Source: Rhodobacterales bacterium (GTDB taxonomy: Bacteria; Pseudomonadota; Alphaproteobacteria; Rhodobacterales; Rhodobacteraceae). From it: a stretch of 64,000 nt of DNA. The notes under the pieces are model-generated. The model had not been told where the DNA came from and did not search any database. It saw nothing but the letters and a program-made list of their open reading frames with translations. The translations under genes and the position numbers were made by a program. The stretch spans positions 2,106 through 66,105 of the forward strand of contig JBBQHZ010000003.1 in the NCBI GenBank assembly GCA_038324445.1. The letters are read 5' to 3'. Shown one piece after another: positions 1 through 9,159 of the stretch. Numbering within the stretch: the stretch's first letter is position 1; each line of letters starts with the position of its first letter.

Positions 1-146
1 CAGTGCAGGGTCAGGCCTTGTGGCGGGAACGCGAGGAAGGTGGTGTCGGAGACCGAGGCACCGAAGATGATGATCAGGGGGCCCAACAGGAAGATATAGA
101 CCAGAATGGTCATCACGATCAGCAGGGGGTTGATGCGATTTGTCAT
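1..146 (-). CDS. ABC permease (PotC-like), 5' part; runs off the window edge
   Basis: Manual translation MTNRINPLLIVMTILVYIFLLGPLIIIFGASVSDTTFLAFPPQGLTLH; typical PotC N-terminus; starts 2 nt after the upstream permease stop. Confidence 0.85.
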   Translation of the reverse strand, partial: MTNRINPLLIVMTILVYIFLLGPLIIIFGASVSDTTFLAFPPQGLTLH

Positions 147-147
147 C

Positions 148-972
148 TCAGGTCGCCATCGGATTGAGGCGGCGCGCAAGGCGCGTCATGACCAGAACCG
201 TCGTCACGATCACCACCACCATGATCGCCGCAACGGTCGACGCGCTGACCCAGTCGAAGGACACCATGGCGCGCTGGTGCAGGAAGGTGCCCATCATCAT
301 CTGCCGGTTGCCGCCCAGCAGATGGGGCGTCGCGTAGGACGTGAAACTGGCGGTAAATACCAGCACGGCACCCACGATAAGGCCCGGCGTGGCCAGCGGC
401 AGGACCACCTGAAGGAAGGTCGCCGTTGGCGTGGCACCGAGCGAGGATGAGGCCTGGATCAGATCGTCGGGGATGTTCTCCAGCACACCGACCAGCACCA
501 GCACCATCAGGGGCACGAAGATATAGACCAGCGCGACGATCACCGCGCCTTGACTGTAGAGCAGACCCAGTGGCCGCTCGATGACGCCTGCCCATTCCAG
601 AAAACTGTTCAGGATGCCGTTGCGACCCAGGATGATGAGCCAAGCAAAGGACCGCACGACCACGCCGGTAAGCAAGGGAAACACCGCCAGAACGATCAGG
701 AGGGATTTCATCCAGGGCGGGCATCTCGACACGACATAGGCTGTCAGGAGGCCGAAGATCAGAGAGATGACGGTGGTGATCGCCGCAACCTCGAAGGTGC
801 GCCACAGAACCGATCGCTGGAAACCGGACGCGAAGAATTCGGCATAGGGCGCCGTGATCCCGCCAGGTGCGGTAAAGGTCACGCTGATCGTGGCTGCCAC
901 CGGGATGATCAGGAACAGGGTAATCGCCAAGGTCGCCGGCGACGACAAGATCCAGCCGGCAAGACGTTTCAT
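148..972 (-). CDS. ABC permease (PotB-like)
   Basis: 274 aa, multiple TM segments, EAA-like loop (LIQASSSLGATP). Confidence 0.9.
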   Translation of the reverse strand: MKRLAGWILSSPATLAITLFLIIPVAATISVTFTAPGGITAPYAEFFASGFQRSVLWRTFEVAAITTVISLIFGLLTAYVVSRCPPWMKSLLIVLAVFPLLTGVVVRSFAWLIILGRNGILNSFLEWAGVIERPLGLLYSQGAVIVALVYIFVPLMVLVLVGVLENIPDDLIQASSSLGATPTATFLQVVLPLATPGLIVGAVLVFTASFTSYATPHLLGGNRQMMMGTFLHQRAMVSFDWVSASTVAAIMVVVIVTTVLVMTRLARRLNPMAT

Positions 973-999
973 GGCACCTCCTGCGGCGCGTAAATAAGT

Positions 1000-1039
1000 C
1001 TCCGGGGCGCGCGCATATCGACTTACGCGCGCCCCGGAG
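1000..1039. repeat. 14-bp perfect inverted repeat just after the SBP gene; probable mRNA-stabilising hairpin or attenuating terminator
   Basis: ctccggggcgcgcg-N12-cgcgcgccccggag. Confidence 0.7.
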
Positions 1040-1047
1040 CTTCGGGT

Positions 1048-2085
1048 TCACATGCCGAAGATTTCGTTCCAGCGGTTGATCCAGCCGTCCAGCGCCGCGT
1101 TCATCGGCGCGTAGTCGACTCGCTGCAGACCGGCGATCATCTCATCGCCATAGGTCCAGATCGCAGCCTGCTCTTCCGTCAGCTGCACGCCGGTATTGAC
1201 CGGCGCATCGACGCCACGCTCGGCCAACTGCTGCTGAATTTCCGCCGATAGCACGAAGTTCAGGAACTGGTGCGCCAGTTCCGGTTCTGCCGCGCCGACA
1301 GGGATGTTGATGGTGTTCAGGGTCGCAATGGAACCTTCCTCAAGCTCGGCCCAGACAACCGAAGGGACGGCTTCCCGAATGCTGCCCAAGGTGAAGTCCT
1401 GCGCCATGGAGACGGTGATTTCGCCCGTGGAAAACAGGTTTATCATCTCGGAGCCGGTATTGTAGTTGGTCACCACGTTGGGCACCAACTCGGCCACCCG
1501 AGCGAAGGCCGCTTCCTCGTCGGCGTAAGCATCGACGCCGGCAAGCGATGCCGCCCGCAGCACGACCATCGGGCCTGCCGTTGTGGTGATGCCCGGCAGC
1601 GAGATGGACGAGGCGAGGTCTTCCCGCCACAGATCGCTCCACGATGTGATCGGTTCGGCGACTTCGTCCGCGTTGTAGACGATGCCCACGCGCCCGATGG
1701 TGTAGGCCGGGCCGTATTCGCCCTGCGGCGACTGCGCCAGATCGTAGATCTGGTCGATATTGGGCACTTGCGCGCGGTCGATGGGCTGGAACATGCCCAG
1801 CTCGATCCCGAGCTGCGAGAAACGGTCGGTCAGGTAGATCACGTCCACCCCTTCGCCGTTGCGCAACTGCAAGCGGCTCAGACGGTCAGCATTGTTGCCC
1901 GTCTCGAACACGACCTCGCAGCCGCACATCTCCTGAAACGGATTGATGATGATTTCCTGCAGCTGATCGCCGTTGAAACCCCACCACGAGACGGTGAAGG
2001 TCCGCGATTGTGCCATGGCCGGTGCGGCCGCCAGAAGTGCTGCCACCGAAACCGTCGCAGCGCCCAGAATTCCAATCTTCTTCAT
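1048..2085 (-). CDS. ABC substrate-binding protein (PotD/polyamine-thiamine family)
   Basis: Start re-picked at MKKIGILG; Sec signal ending PAMA; SWWG motif; neighbours are PotB/C-like permeases. Confidence 0.85.
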   Translation of the reverse strand: MKKIGILGAATVSVAALLAAAPAMAQSRTFTVSWWGFNGDQLQEIIINPFQEMCGCEVVFETGNNADRLSRLQLRNGEGVDVIYLTDRFSQLGIELGMFQPIDRAQVPNIDQIYDLAQSPQGEYGPAYTIGRVGIVYNADEVAEPITSWSDLWREDLASSISLPGITTTAGPMVVLRAASLAGVDAYADEEAAFARVAELVPNVVTNYNTGSEMINLFSTGEITVSMAQDFTLGSIREAVPSVVWAELEEGSIATLNTINIPVGAAEPELAHQFLNFVLSAEIQQQLAERGVDAPVNTGVQLTEEQAAIWTYGDEMIAGLQRVDYAPMNAALDGWINRWNEIFGM

Positions 2086-2233
2086 GATATCCCCCAGATG
2101 TCCGGAAGCCCAGTTGAACAAAGGTGCGGGTCCTCCATTGGTATTGTCGACAGTATGAAGAGAAGGCGACGGACGCAAGGTCAACGGCTCTGATACTGGC
2201 CCCAAAACCTGCGGCTGGCGAAGTTCTGGGCAG

Positions 2234-4102
2234 TTACCAGACGATCGGGTGGGTTTCGCCCGTCGCGACGTTGACGAAGCCATGGGGCGCAAGATCTGAC
2301 GGCGCCACCAGCACCCAGCGCCATGGCGCGCAGGTCAGCGTGGCGAAGGCCAGCCGTTCGGGAAAGCCGGGGAACCAGCGGGGGCTGAAGGTGGGCTCGT
2401 ACATCCAGTCGATCCTGGCACCCTCGGCGTAAAGCGCCTGCATCTCGGCGTCGAGGTCTTGAGGCGCGCGGCAGGTCATCAGGCCGCCCACTTCATACCG
2501 GACCGTTGCGACCAGTTGGCCCTCGCGCACCAATGCCCAGCCACCTTGCGTTTCCCGCAACGCATTGACCGCCTGCGCCATCGCGGCGTCGGACGATCCG
2601 ACCGCCCAGATGTTGTGCTTGTCGTGGCCCATCGAACAGGCAAGTGCCGTGTCGGGCGTTCTGGGGCCGGTGCCAAGCCAGAACATCGCCGAGGTTTTCC
2701 CCTCGCCCGAGAACCGGTCGACGATGGCGAACTTGGTGACATTGCGGTCCGGGTCGCGCTGCACCTGACCATCCGCTACTGGCAGGTCCATTTCGATGAA
2801 ATCATCGTGCCAGTGGAACGGGCGCAGCAGCGCTGCTGTCATCGTCTCGCGTCCGGGCAATGCGGCGATGGCGAAGTCCTCGGCCGTCATTTCGTGCGTG
2901 ATGTTGACGGTTCGCGTCGCCCAGTCGGGCCAATCGATTCTTGGCACGGGTTTGAGGTATCTGCCCGCCTCGGCCACCAGATCGCCATCGGCCCAGACCT
3001 TGGCGACCGACACGGCCTCGAGGTTATCAAGCAAGACGATATCCGCAAAGCGCCCCGGCGCGATGGACCCGACCCATGGCGTCAGGCGCATGTGGCGGGC
3101 AGGATTGATCGTGACCATCTGGATCGCAACCTCGGGCGCCAGCCCCGCTGCGATGGCAAGCCGCACGTTATGATCCGTCGCCCCCAGCTTCAGCGTATCG
3201 GAACAGGAGCGGTCGTCGGTTGTCAGGGCAAACTGGCTCCAGTCCGACAGACCAGCCGCCAGAAGGCCCGCGACCATCTCGGTCAGCGAATGCGGGCGCA
3301 GTTCCATGAAGAGACCGCGCCGCAGTTTGTCGAGCACTTCCTCGGTCGTCCATGCCTCGTGATCCGAGGCCAGACCAGCGGCGGCGAAGGCGTTGATCGT
3401 CGGCAGGTCCCTGATTCCGGCGGCGTGGCCTTCGACGACACCGCGCTTTTCGAATGTCGCCTCGATCATCCCCCAGAGCCGGTCGTAGGAGGGATTTTCC
3501 GGGTTCCAGACAGCGGGCCAATCCATCACCTCATCGAGCCCCGCCACCATCAGGTGATCGGCCAGAAACCCAAGCTGCTCGTCATAGCCGAAATGACCGC
3601 CGCCCCATTCATAGGCCGTCGGCGGCACTGCCGATCCGGGCAGCGGGAATATCTTCTGCGGGCTGCCCGCCAACCGCGCGGCGAACCAGAACTCAAGGTT
3701 CCGCGCCCCGTTGACGTTGGAGAATTCATGGCTCGCCTCGCAGGTCCAGGTATTGCCATGGGGCAGAACAAGCGCCGCCTCCCACTCCGGGGTGACGTGC
3801 GAGCTTTCGATGTGTTTGTGCACCTCGCCAAAGCCGGGCACTGCCATCAGTTCGGGTTCGTGCACCTCTCTGCCGACCGTGCCAGGCCAGGTGCCCGACG
3901 GCCCGACATAGGCGATGCGACGGCCCGCGATGATGATCTCCTGATCCGTCAGCCACATCCGCGAATGCACGTCGAGAAGCCGGCCCACGCGCAGCCTTGT
4001 ATCTGCAGGCGCGTGCCCCAGCGCGATCCGAACCAGCCGCTGACGAATCCTGACCTCGTCGGCGGCAGAAATCAGGTGATCCGGCAGGGAGCCCTCGATC
4101 AT
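2234..4102 (-). CDS. ade: Adenine deaminase-family amidohydrolase (COG1001-like)
   Basis: HKHIESS, EVMD, EGH, DHE, TDD, GHDKHN motifs; ATGA overlap with the nucleoside hydrolase. Confidence 0.8.
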   Translation of the reverse strand: MIEGSLPDHLISAADEVRIRQRLVRIALGHAPADTRLRVGRLLDVHSRMWLTDQEIIIAGRRIAYVGPSGTWPGTVGREVHEPELMAVPGFGEVHKHIESSHVTPEWEAALVLPHGNTWTCEASHEFSNVNGARNLEFWFAARLAGSPQKIFPLPGSAVPPTAYEWGGGHFGYDEQLGFLADHLMVAGLDEVMDWPAVWNPENPSYDRLWGMIEATFEKRGVVEGHAAGIRDLPTINAFAAAGLASDHEAWTTEEVLDKLRRGLFMELRPHSLTEMVAGLLAAGLSDWSQFALTTDDRSCSDTLKLGATDHNVRLAIAAGLAPEVAIQMVTINPARHMRLTPWVGSIAPGRFADIVLLDNLEAVSVAKVWADGDLVAEAGRYLKPVPRIDWPDWATRTVNITHEMTAEDFAIAALPGRETMTAALLRPFHWHDDFIEMDLPVADGQVQRDPDRNVTKFAIVDRFSGEGKTSAMFWLGTGPRTPDTALACSMGHDKHNIWAVGSSDAAMAQAVNALRETQGGWALVREGQLVATVRYEVGGLMTCRAPQDLDAEMQALYAEGARIDWMYEPTFSPRWFPGFPERLAFATLTCAPWRWVLVAPSDLAPHGFVNVATGETHPIVW

Positions 4103-5064
4103 GCCGGGGCACCGTCGACGGCGCTGTAGCCGATCGAGGCGCTGTAGCACGCCACCAACCGGTCCAGATCGACGGTTTCCACGATCGTGACCATGGCCGT
4201 GCCCAATCGCCCCGACGGGTCCACCAGCGTCATGCCGCGTGTCAGACCGAGGGCGAGGGCCACATCCACCGAGGCGCTCAGCGATCCCGTCACGATGCCG
4301 GGCGCGACCACGACGGCGGCGGCGAGCGGATCGACGAAGCGGAAATGATCGTCGCCGCCGAACCCCACATTGATCTTGCGCGCATGGGACGAGAGCGCGC
4401 GAGAAAAGGCCTTGGCCTGCCCCTCGGGCACCGCATCAAAAAGCGCGTCGACCTTGGCGCCGGATATCCGGTGGGCCGTGCACGTCTCCCACGGGACCAT
4501 GACGATCTCGATCCCGGCACCAAACACGATGGCGGCCGCTTCGGGGTCGGCGAAGATGTTGAACTCGGCCGCGGGCGTCACATTTCCCCTACCATGGATC
4601 GTGCCGCCCATGAGGGTCAGTTGCCCGATGCCCGGCAAACAATCAGGGGCAAGGCGCAGGGCAAGGGCTAGGTTCGTCAGCGGCCCGATCATCAGCAAAT
4701 CGACCTTGTCGCCGCGCCGCGCCGCGCCCCGAAAGCTGGCTCCAAGGACGCCGACAGCTTCTGCACTTGCTGCCTGCGGGATCGCGCCGGGACGCGGGGC
4801 ACCGCCCAATCCGTCCCTGCCATGGATGCTGGTCGCGTCGATCACGGGCTGGGTGAGCGGACGATCCGCGCCCATGTGCACAGGCACGTCCGGGCGTCCG
4901 GCAACCGCCAGAACCGTCAGAATATTGCGGGTCGCGCCATCCAGTCCGACATTCCCGAACACCGTGGTGATGGCATCAGGCGTCCGGCCCGCAGCGATCA
5001 ACATCAGCAGCGCCTGCGCGTCGTCGACGCCCCCGTCGGTATCGAGGATAAGCTGTCGTTTCAT
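4099..5064 (-). CDS. Nucleoside hydrolase (IU-NH family)
   Basis: DTDGGVDD Ca-binding motif, VFGN, HGRDGLG, GPLTNLA, GNVTPAAEFN. Confidence 0.9.
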   Translation of the reverse strand: MKRQLILDTDGGVDDAQALLMLIAAGRTPDAITTVFGNVGLDGATRNILTVLAVAGRPDVPVHMGADRPLTQPVIDATSIHGRDGLGGAPRPGAIPQAASAEAVGVLGASFRGAARRGDKVDLLMIGPLTNLALALRLAPDCLPGIGQLTLMGGTIHGRGNVTPAAEFNIFADPEAAAIVFGAGIEIVMVPWETCTAHRISGAKVDALFDAVPEGQAKAFSRALSSHARKINVGFGGDDHFRFVDPLAAAVVVAPGIVTGSLSASVDVALALGLTRGMTLVDPSGRLGTAMVTIVETVDLDRLVACYSASIGYSAVDGAPA

Positions 5065-5274
5065 CTGCAGGAACGCCTTCGATTGACCGCCGGATTTGGG
5101 TCAAGAAAGCAGACCCAAGTCGGACAAGTCCAGAGCCTTTCGCAACGACCAAGGAGGCTCTTCGGCACGATGCGTTGATGGGGAATTCCGTCGCGGGATT
5201 TCGGATGTCTTTCGACCACGAACCCGAGACCGGGCAATCCGCGTCTGCGATGGAGACTCGGGCTTCACGCCCGC

Positions 5275-5322
5275 TTACCTGTCCTGGCCCATGCTTCCAA
5301 GGTGGGGGCGCTTGAAAAGCAT
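5275..5322 (-). CDS. Candidate 15-aa leader peptide MLFKRPHLGSMGQDR
   Basis: ATG..TAA preceded by AGGAGGGGGTGG; stop abuts a hairpin arm; not in the ORF track (too short). Confidence 0.25.
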   Translation of the reverse strand: MLFKRPHLGSMGQDR

Positions 5323-5354
5323 ACCAAACCACCCCCTCCTCGCGCCGTTTGCGC

Positions 5355-5371
5355 AGCAGTGCTTGCGCCAA
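5355..5371 (-). promoter_or_regulatory. Candidate sigma54 (-24/-12) promoter for the nucleoside hydrolase operon
   Basis: TTGGCGCAAGCACTGCT: GG-N10-GC spacing, close to TGGCAC-N5-TTGC. Confidence 0.45.
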
Positions 5372-5451
5372 TTGCCACTTTTTTAGTCAGACGGCGCTAA
5401 TGTTCGCATCCGCAGCGTTTCCCCCGATGACTCGACAAATTTTTCGCCTAG

Positions 5452-5464
5452 GATTGGGCCAATC
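5452..5464. promoter_or_regulatory. Palindrome just upstream of the deaminase start, possible operator
   Basis: GATTGG-G-CCAATC, 9 nt before ATG 5474. Confidence 0.3.
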
Positions 5465-5473
5465 GGGGGCGAC

Positions 5474-6766
5474 ATGCTGGATCTCATCTTACGACAGGCT
5501 CGGTTGCCCGATGGGCAGGGGCCACTGGACATTGGGATCAACGGCGACAGGATCGCCACGATCGAGCATCGCATCGACGCGGACGCCGTCGAAGAAATCG
5601 ACGTGAGCGGGCGTCTGGTTGCGCCACCGTTCACCGACCCGCATTTTCACATGGACGCGACACTGAGCCTTGGCTTGCCGAGGTTGAACGTGTCGGGAAC
5701 CCTGCTGGAGGGGATCGCCCTCTGGGGCGAGTTGAAGCCGTTACTGACCCCTGAGGCGGTGATGGAACGCGCCTTGCGGTATTGCGATCTAGCCGTGTCG
5801 CAGGGCCTGTTGGCGATCCGCACCCATGTCGATATCTGCGATGACCGGTTGACCGCCGTCGAGGCGCTGATCGAGGTGCGCAGAATCGTGGCGCCCTATA
5901 TCGATCTGCAACTGGTGGCCTTCCCGCAAGACGGGCTCTACCGCTCGGCCACGGCGGAAGCGAACCTGTTGCGCGCGCTGGATATGGGTGTCGACGCGGT
6001 GGGCGGCATCCCGCATTTCGAGCGGACGATGGCAGACGGCGCACGCTCGGTTACGCGGTTATGCGAGATCGCGGCGGAACGGGACCTGATGCTTGATCTG
6101 CATTGCGATGAAAGCGACGACCCCCTGTCGCGGCATGTGGAAACGCTTGCCTCCGAAACGACCCGGTTGAGGCTGGGCGGCAGAGTGGTCGCAAGCCATG
6201 TCACCGCGATGCATTCCTATGACAATTACTACGCCAGCAAGCTTATCCCGCTGATCGCCGAAAGCGGGATGCATGTGGTCCCGAACCCGCTGATCAACAT
6301 CACCCTGCAGGGCCGGTCCGACACCTACCCCCGCCGCCGCGGGTTGACCCGCGTGACGGAGTTGCGTGCCGCGGGCGTGAACGTGGCGTTTGGTCAGGAT
6401 TGCACCATGGACCCGTGGTATTCGCTGGGCTCGGCCGACATGCTGGACGTGGCCCATATGGGGGTTCATGCCGTGCCGATGACATCGCGCGAAGCGATGG
6501 CCTGGGCCTTCACCTCGGTCACGGTCAACGGGGCGCGTGCCATGGGGCTGCCCGATCCCACGATCCGCAAAGGCGGCCCGGCCAACATGGTAGTCCTGCA
6601 GGCCCGCGACCCGATCGAGGCTGTCCGGCTCCGGGCCACACGGCTTGCCGTCATCAAGCACGGCAGGGTTCTGGCACGCACCGGCCCGCGTCTTGCCCAT
6701 CTCGACCTTCCCGGCCGCCCGGGCATGCTTGACCCGGCAGACTACGCCCCGGCGGCAGAAGACTGA
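5474..6766 (+). CDS. codA: Cytosine deaminase (CodA)-family amidohydrolase
   Basis: PHFHMD, HCDESDD, SHVTAM, GQDCTMDPWY correspond to E. coli CodA metal/catalytic motifs. Confidence 0.85.
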   Translation: MLDLILRQARLPDGQGPLDIGINGDRIATIEHRIDADAVEEIDVSGRLVAPPFTDPHFHMDATLSLGLPRLNVSGTLLEGIALWGELKPLLTPEAVMERALRYCDLAVSQGLLAIRTHVDICDDRLTAVEALIEVRRIVAPYIDLQLVAFPQDGLYRSATAEANLLRALDMGVDAVGGIPHFERTMADGARSVTRLCEIAAERDLMLDLHCDESDDPLSRHVETLASETTRLRLGGRVVASHVTAMHSYDNYYASKLIPLIAESGMHVVPNPLINITLQGRSDTYPRRRGLTRVTELRAAGVNVAFGQDCTMDPWYSLGSADMLDVAHMGVHAVPMTSREAMAWAFTSVTVNGARAMGLPDPTIRKGGPANMVVLQARDPIEAVRLRATRLAVIKHGRVLARTGPRLAHLDLPGRPGMLDPADYAPAAED

Positions 6767-6805
6767 ACACCCCGACAAACCGACACCAACAAGCGAGGAA
6801 TCCCA

Positions 6806-7789
6806 ATGATGCTGATATCCAATCGCCGACAGCTTCTGATCGGCGCGGCCGCCACGCTGGCCCTGCCCGCCTATATACGCCGGGCCAACGCCCAAACCGC
6901 GATCCGCATCGCCGGCGTCCACAACTCACCCGTCGAGAACGCCTGGAACAGCCGCATCCACCTGGCGTTTCAGGAAGCCGCGGCATCGGGCCTGATCGAG
7001 TATGAATTCTCCGAAGCCGTCGATGCCACCGACTATCCCCGCGCCATGCGCGAATATGCCGAAGGCGGCGCCCAGCTGGTCTGGGGCGAGTGCTATGCCG
7101 TCGAACGCGAGGCGCGCGAAGTGGCAGTCGATTACCCGGACACCTCGTTCCTGATGGGATCGTCCGGCGGACCGGAGGGCGACAATTTTGGCGTCTTCGG
7201 CACGCGCAACCACGAGGCGGCCTACCTTGCGGGCATGCTGGCGGGGCAGATGTCGGAAACCAACGTGTTCGGCTCGGTCGGCGGCTTCCCGATCCCCGAG
7301 GTGAACCTGTTGATCAACGCGTTCCGCATGGGCGTGACCGAGGTGAACCCCGATGCCACCTTCCTCAACGCCTTCCTTGGCGCATGGTTCGACCCGGCCC
7401 GCGCGAAAGAGGCCGGATTGGCGCAGATCGATGCGGGCGCCGACATCCTGTTCGGCGAGCGGATCGGCACGGCAGACGCCGCGCAGGAACGCAGCGTGCG
7501 GGCCATCGGTTCGTTGATCGATTATACACCGCGGTATCCGGGGACCGTATTCGCCAACGCGATCTGGAACTATGGCCCGACCATCGCCGCCATCGTGGCC
7601 GATATTCAGGCAGGCACCCCGGTGGGGCGCGATTACACTGAATATTCGTTCATGGCCTACGGCGGCAACGAACTGATCTATGTTGCGGACGAGGTGCCGG
7701 CAGAAGCCATCGCCGCGATGGAAGAACGCCAGGCTTTGATCCGGGCGGGCGAATGGGATGTGCCGATCGACAACGAAGAACCGGCCTGA
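6806..7789 (+). CDS. BMP-family (nucleoside-type) ABC substrate-binding protein with Tat signal
   Basis: NRRQLL twin-arginine signal; HEAAYLAGMLA, FGSVGG, GAWFDPA BMP motifs. Confidence 0.9.
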   Translation: MMLISNRRQLLIGAAATLALPAYIRRANAQTAIRIAGVHNSPVENAWNSRIHLAFQEAAASGLIEYEFSEAVDATDYPRAMREYAEGGAQLVWGECYAVEREAREVAVDYPDTSFLMGSSGGPEGDNFGVFGTRNHEAAYLAGMLAGQMSETNVFGSVGGFPIPEVNLLINAFRMGVTEVNPDATFLNAFLGAWFDPARAKEAGLAQIDAGADILFGERIGTADAAQERSVRAIGSLIDYTPRYPGTVFANAIWNYGPTIAAIVADIQAGTPVGRDYTEYSFMAYGGNELIYVADEVPAEAIAAMEERQALIRAGEWDVPIDNEEPA

Positions 7790-7800
7790 GCGCCTGTCTG

Positions 7801-9159
7801 GTGCACGACGCCACGGCCCTTGCCGCGGCCATTGCCGATGGGCACACCTCCGCCCGTGACGTGATGGACGCGTGCCTGGCCGCCTGTGAAGTGCAGGCGG
7901 CCCTTGGGGCCGTGGTTCGCCTTAACCCGACGATGGCCCGCGAGGCGGCGCTGCGTGCCGATGGGCAAGCCGTGCGACCGCGCGGGCCGTTTCACGGTGT
8001 TCCTTTTCTGATGAAGGACCTCGGAGCTTCGGCCAAGGGACTGCCCGCCTCGGCGGGGGCGGCGGCCTTGCGCGCGATTGCCGTTGAACCGGCGAAGGAC
8101 AGCGACCTTGCCGCAGCGTTTCGGAACGCAGGTCTGATCCCCTTTGGCCTGAGCGCCACGCCGCCCTTCGGCCTTGCCCTCAGCACCGAGCCGGAGGGGC
8201 AAGGCCCCGCGCGCAACCCTTGGGACCACACAAGGACGCCCGGCGGATCATCCGGCGGGGCGGCGGCTGCCGTGGCCGCCGGGATTGTGGCCATCGCCCA
8301 TGCCACCGATGCGGCCGGATCGATCCGGGTGCCTGCTGCATGCTGCGGGTTGGTAGGGCTCAAACCCTCGCGGGGGGCGGTACCGGGGGGGCCGGATTTC
8401 TCCAATCATCTGATGGGCATCGCCTCGGAACTTGTGCTCGCTCGGTCGGTCCGCGACGTCGGGGCGATTTTTGCCCATGTTCATGGCAGGCAGCCGTCGG
8501 GCGTTTGGCCCGCCGCCGTCAGGATTGGATTGGCCTTGCCGGAGCGATGCGATGTTGCCCAGACCGCCGCCACCCGCGCGGCGGGGCACGCTCTGGCAGA
8601 TGCGGGATGCGATGTGGTCGAGATCGCGGCGCCGGACCGGTTGGGCGCTGAGGCCCATGGTCTGGCCCGAAAGATCCTGTCGGTGTCCTTGGCGGACTGG
8701 CTGACGTCACTGGGTATCGCAGACGACGCCGTGCCGCCCCTTGCGGGCCGCATTGCCGCAGAAGGCCGCGCCCTGACCGGCATGGCGGTTTTTGGCCTCT
8801 CCCGAGAAATCGCGCGCCTATCCGCTATGGCACGGGCCCTGTTCGATGGCTTGGACGCCATGCTGACCCCGGTGCTGGCCAACCATCCCCCGCTGGTTGG
8901 CGCGTTCGATCTGTCCAAAACCGATACGGATGCGCATTTCGCGCAGATGGAGGCGTTTGCGCCCAACGCCGCCCTTGCCAATGTGGCGGGGCTGCCTGCC
9001 CTTGCCGTGCCCTTCGGGATGGCCGACGGCTTGCCGGTCGGCGTCCAGCTGATGGCCGCGAAAGGGCGCGATTTCCTCCTCTGCCACCTCGCGTCCCTGA
9101 TCGAAGCGCGCGCGCCGACGCTGCGCTATCCCGGTCCGATTGCGGGACTGCCGACATGA
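7801..9159 (+). CDS. Amidase signature family enzyme; start may be CTG 7786
   Basis: GVPFLMKD (Lys), GGSSGG, DAAGSIRVPA (Ser) triad motifs. Confidence 0.85.
   Translation: MHDATALAAAIADGHTSARDVMDACLAACEVQAALGAVVRLNPTMAREAALRADGQAVRPRGPFHGVPFLMKDLGASAKGLPASAGAAALRAIAVEPAKDSDLAAAFRNAGLIPFGLSATPPFGLALSTEPEGQGPARNPWDHTRTPGGSSGGAAAAVAAGIVAIAHATDAAGSIRVPAACCGLVGLKPSRGAVPGGPDFSNHLMGIASELVLARSVRDVGAIFAHVHGRQPSGVWPAAVRIGLALPERCDVAQTAATRAAGHALADAGCDVVEIAAPDRLGAEAHGLARKILSVSLADWLTSLGIADDAVPPLAGRIAAEGRALTGMAVFGLSREIARLSAMARALFDGLDAMLTPVLANHPPLVGAFDLSKTDTDAHFAQMEAFAPNAALANVAGLPALAVPFGMADGLPVGVQLMAAKGRDFLLCHLASLIEARAPTLRYPGPIAGLPT

Noticed and set aside
4976-5371. 131-aa ORF across the leader region
   Set aside because: Runs out of frame into the nucleoside hydrolase; no recognisable features
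5342-5397. GCGCCGT...ACGGCGC resembling the guanidine-III riboswitch pseudoknot helix
   Set aside because: Conserved GGACGAGG 5' element missing on both strands, spacer too long, no guanidine-related genes downstream
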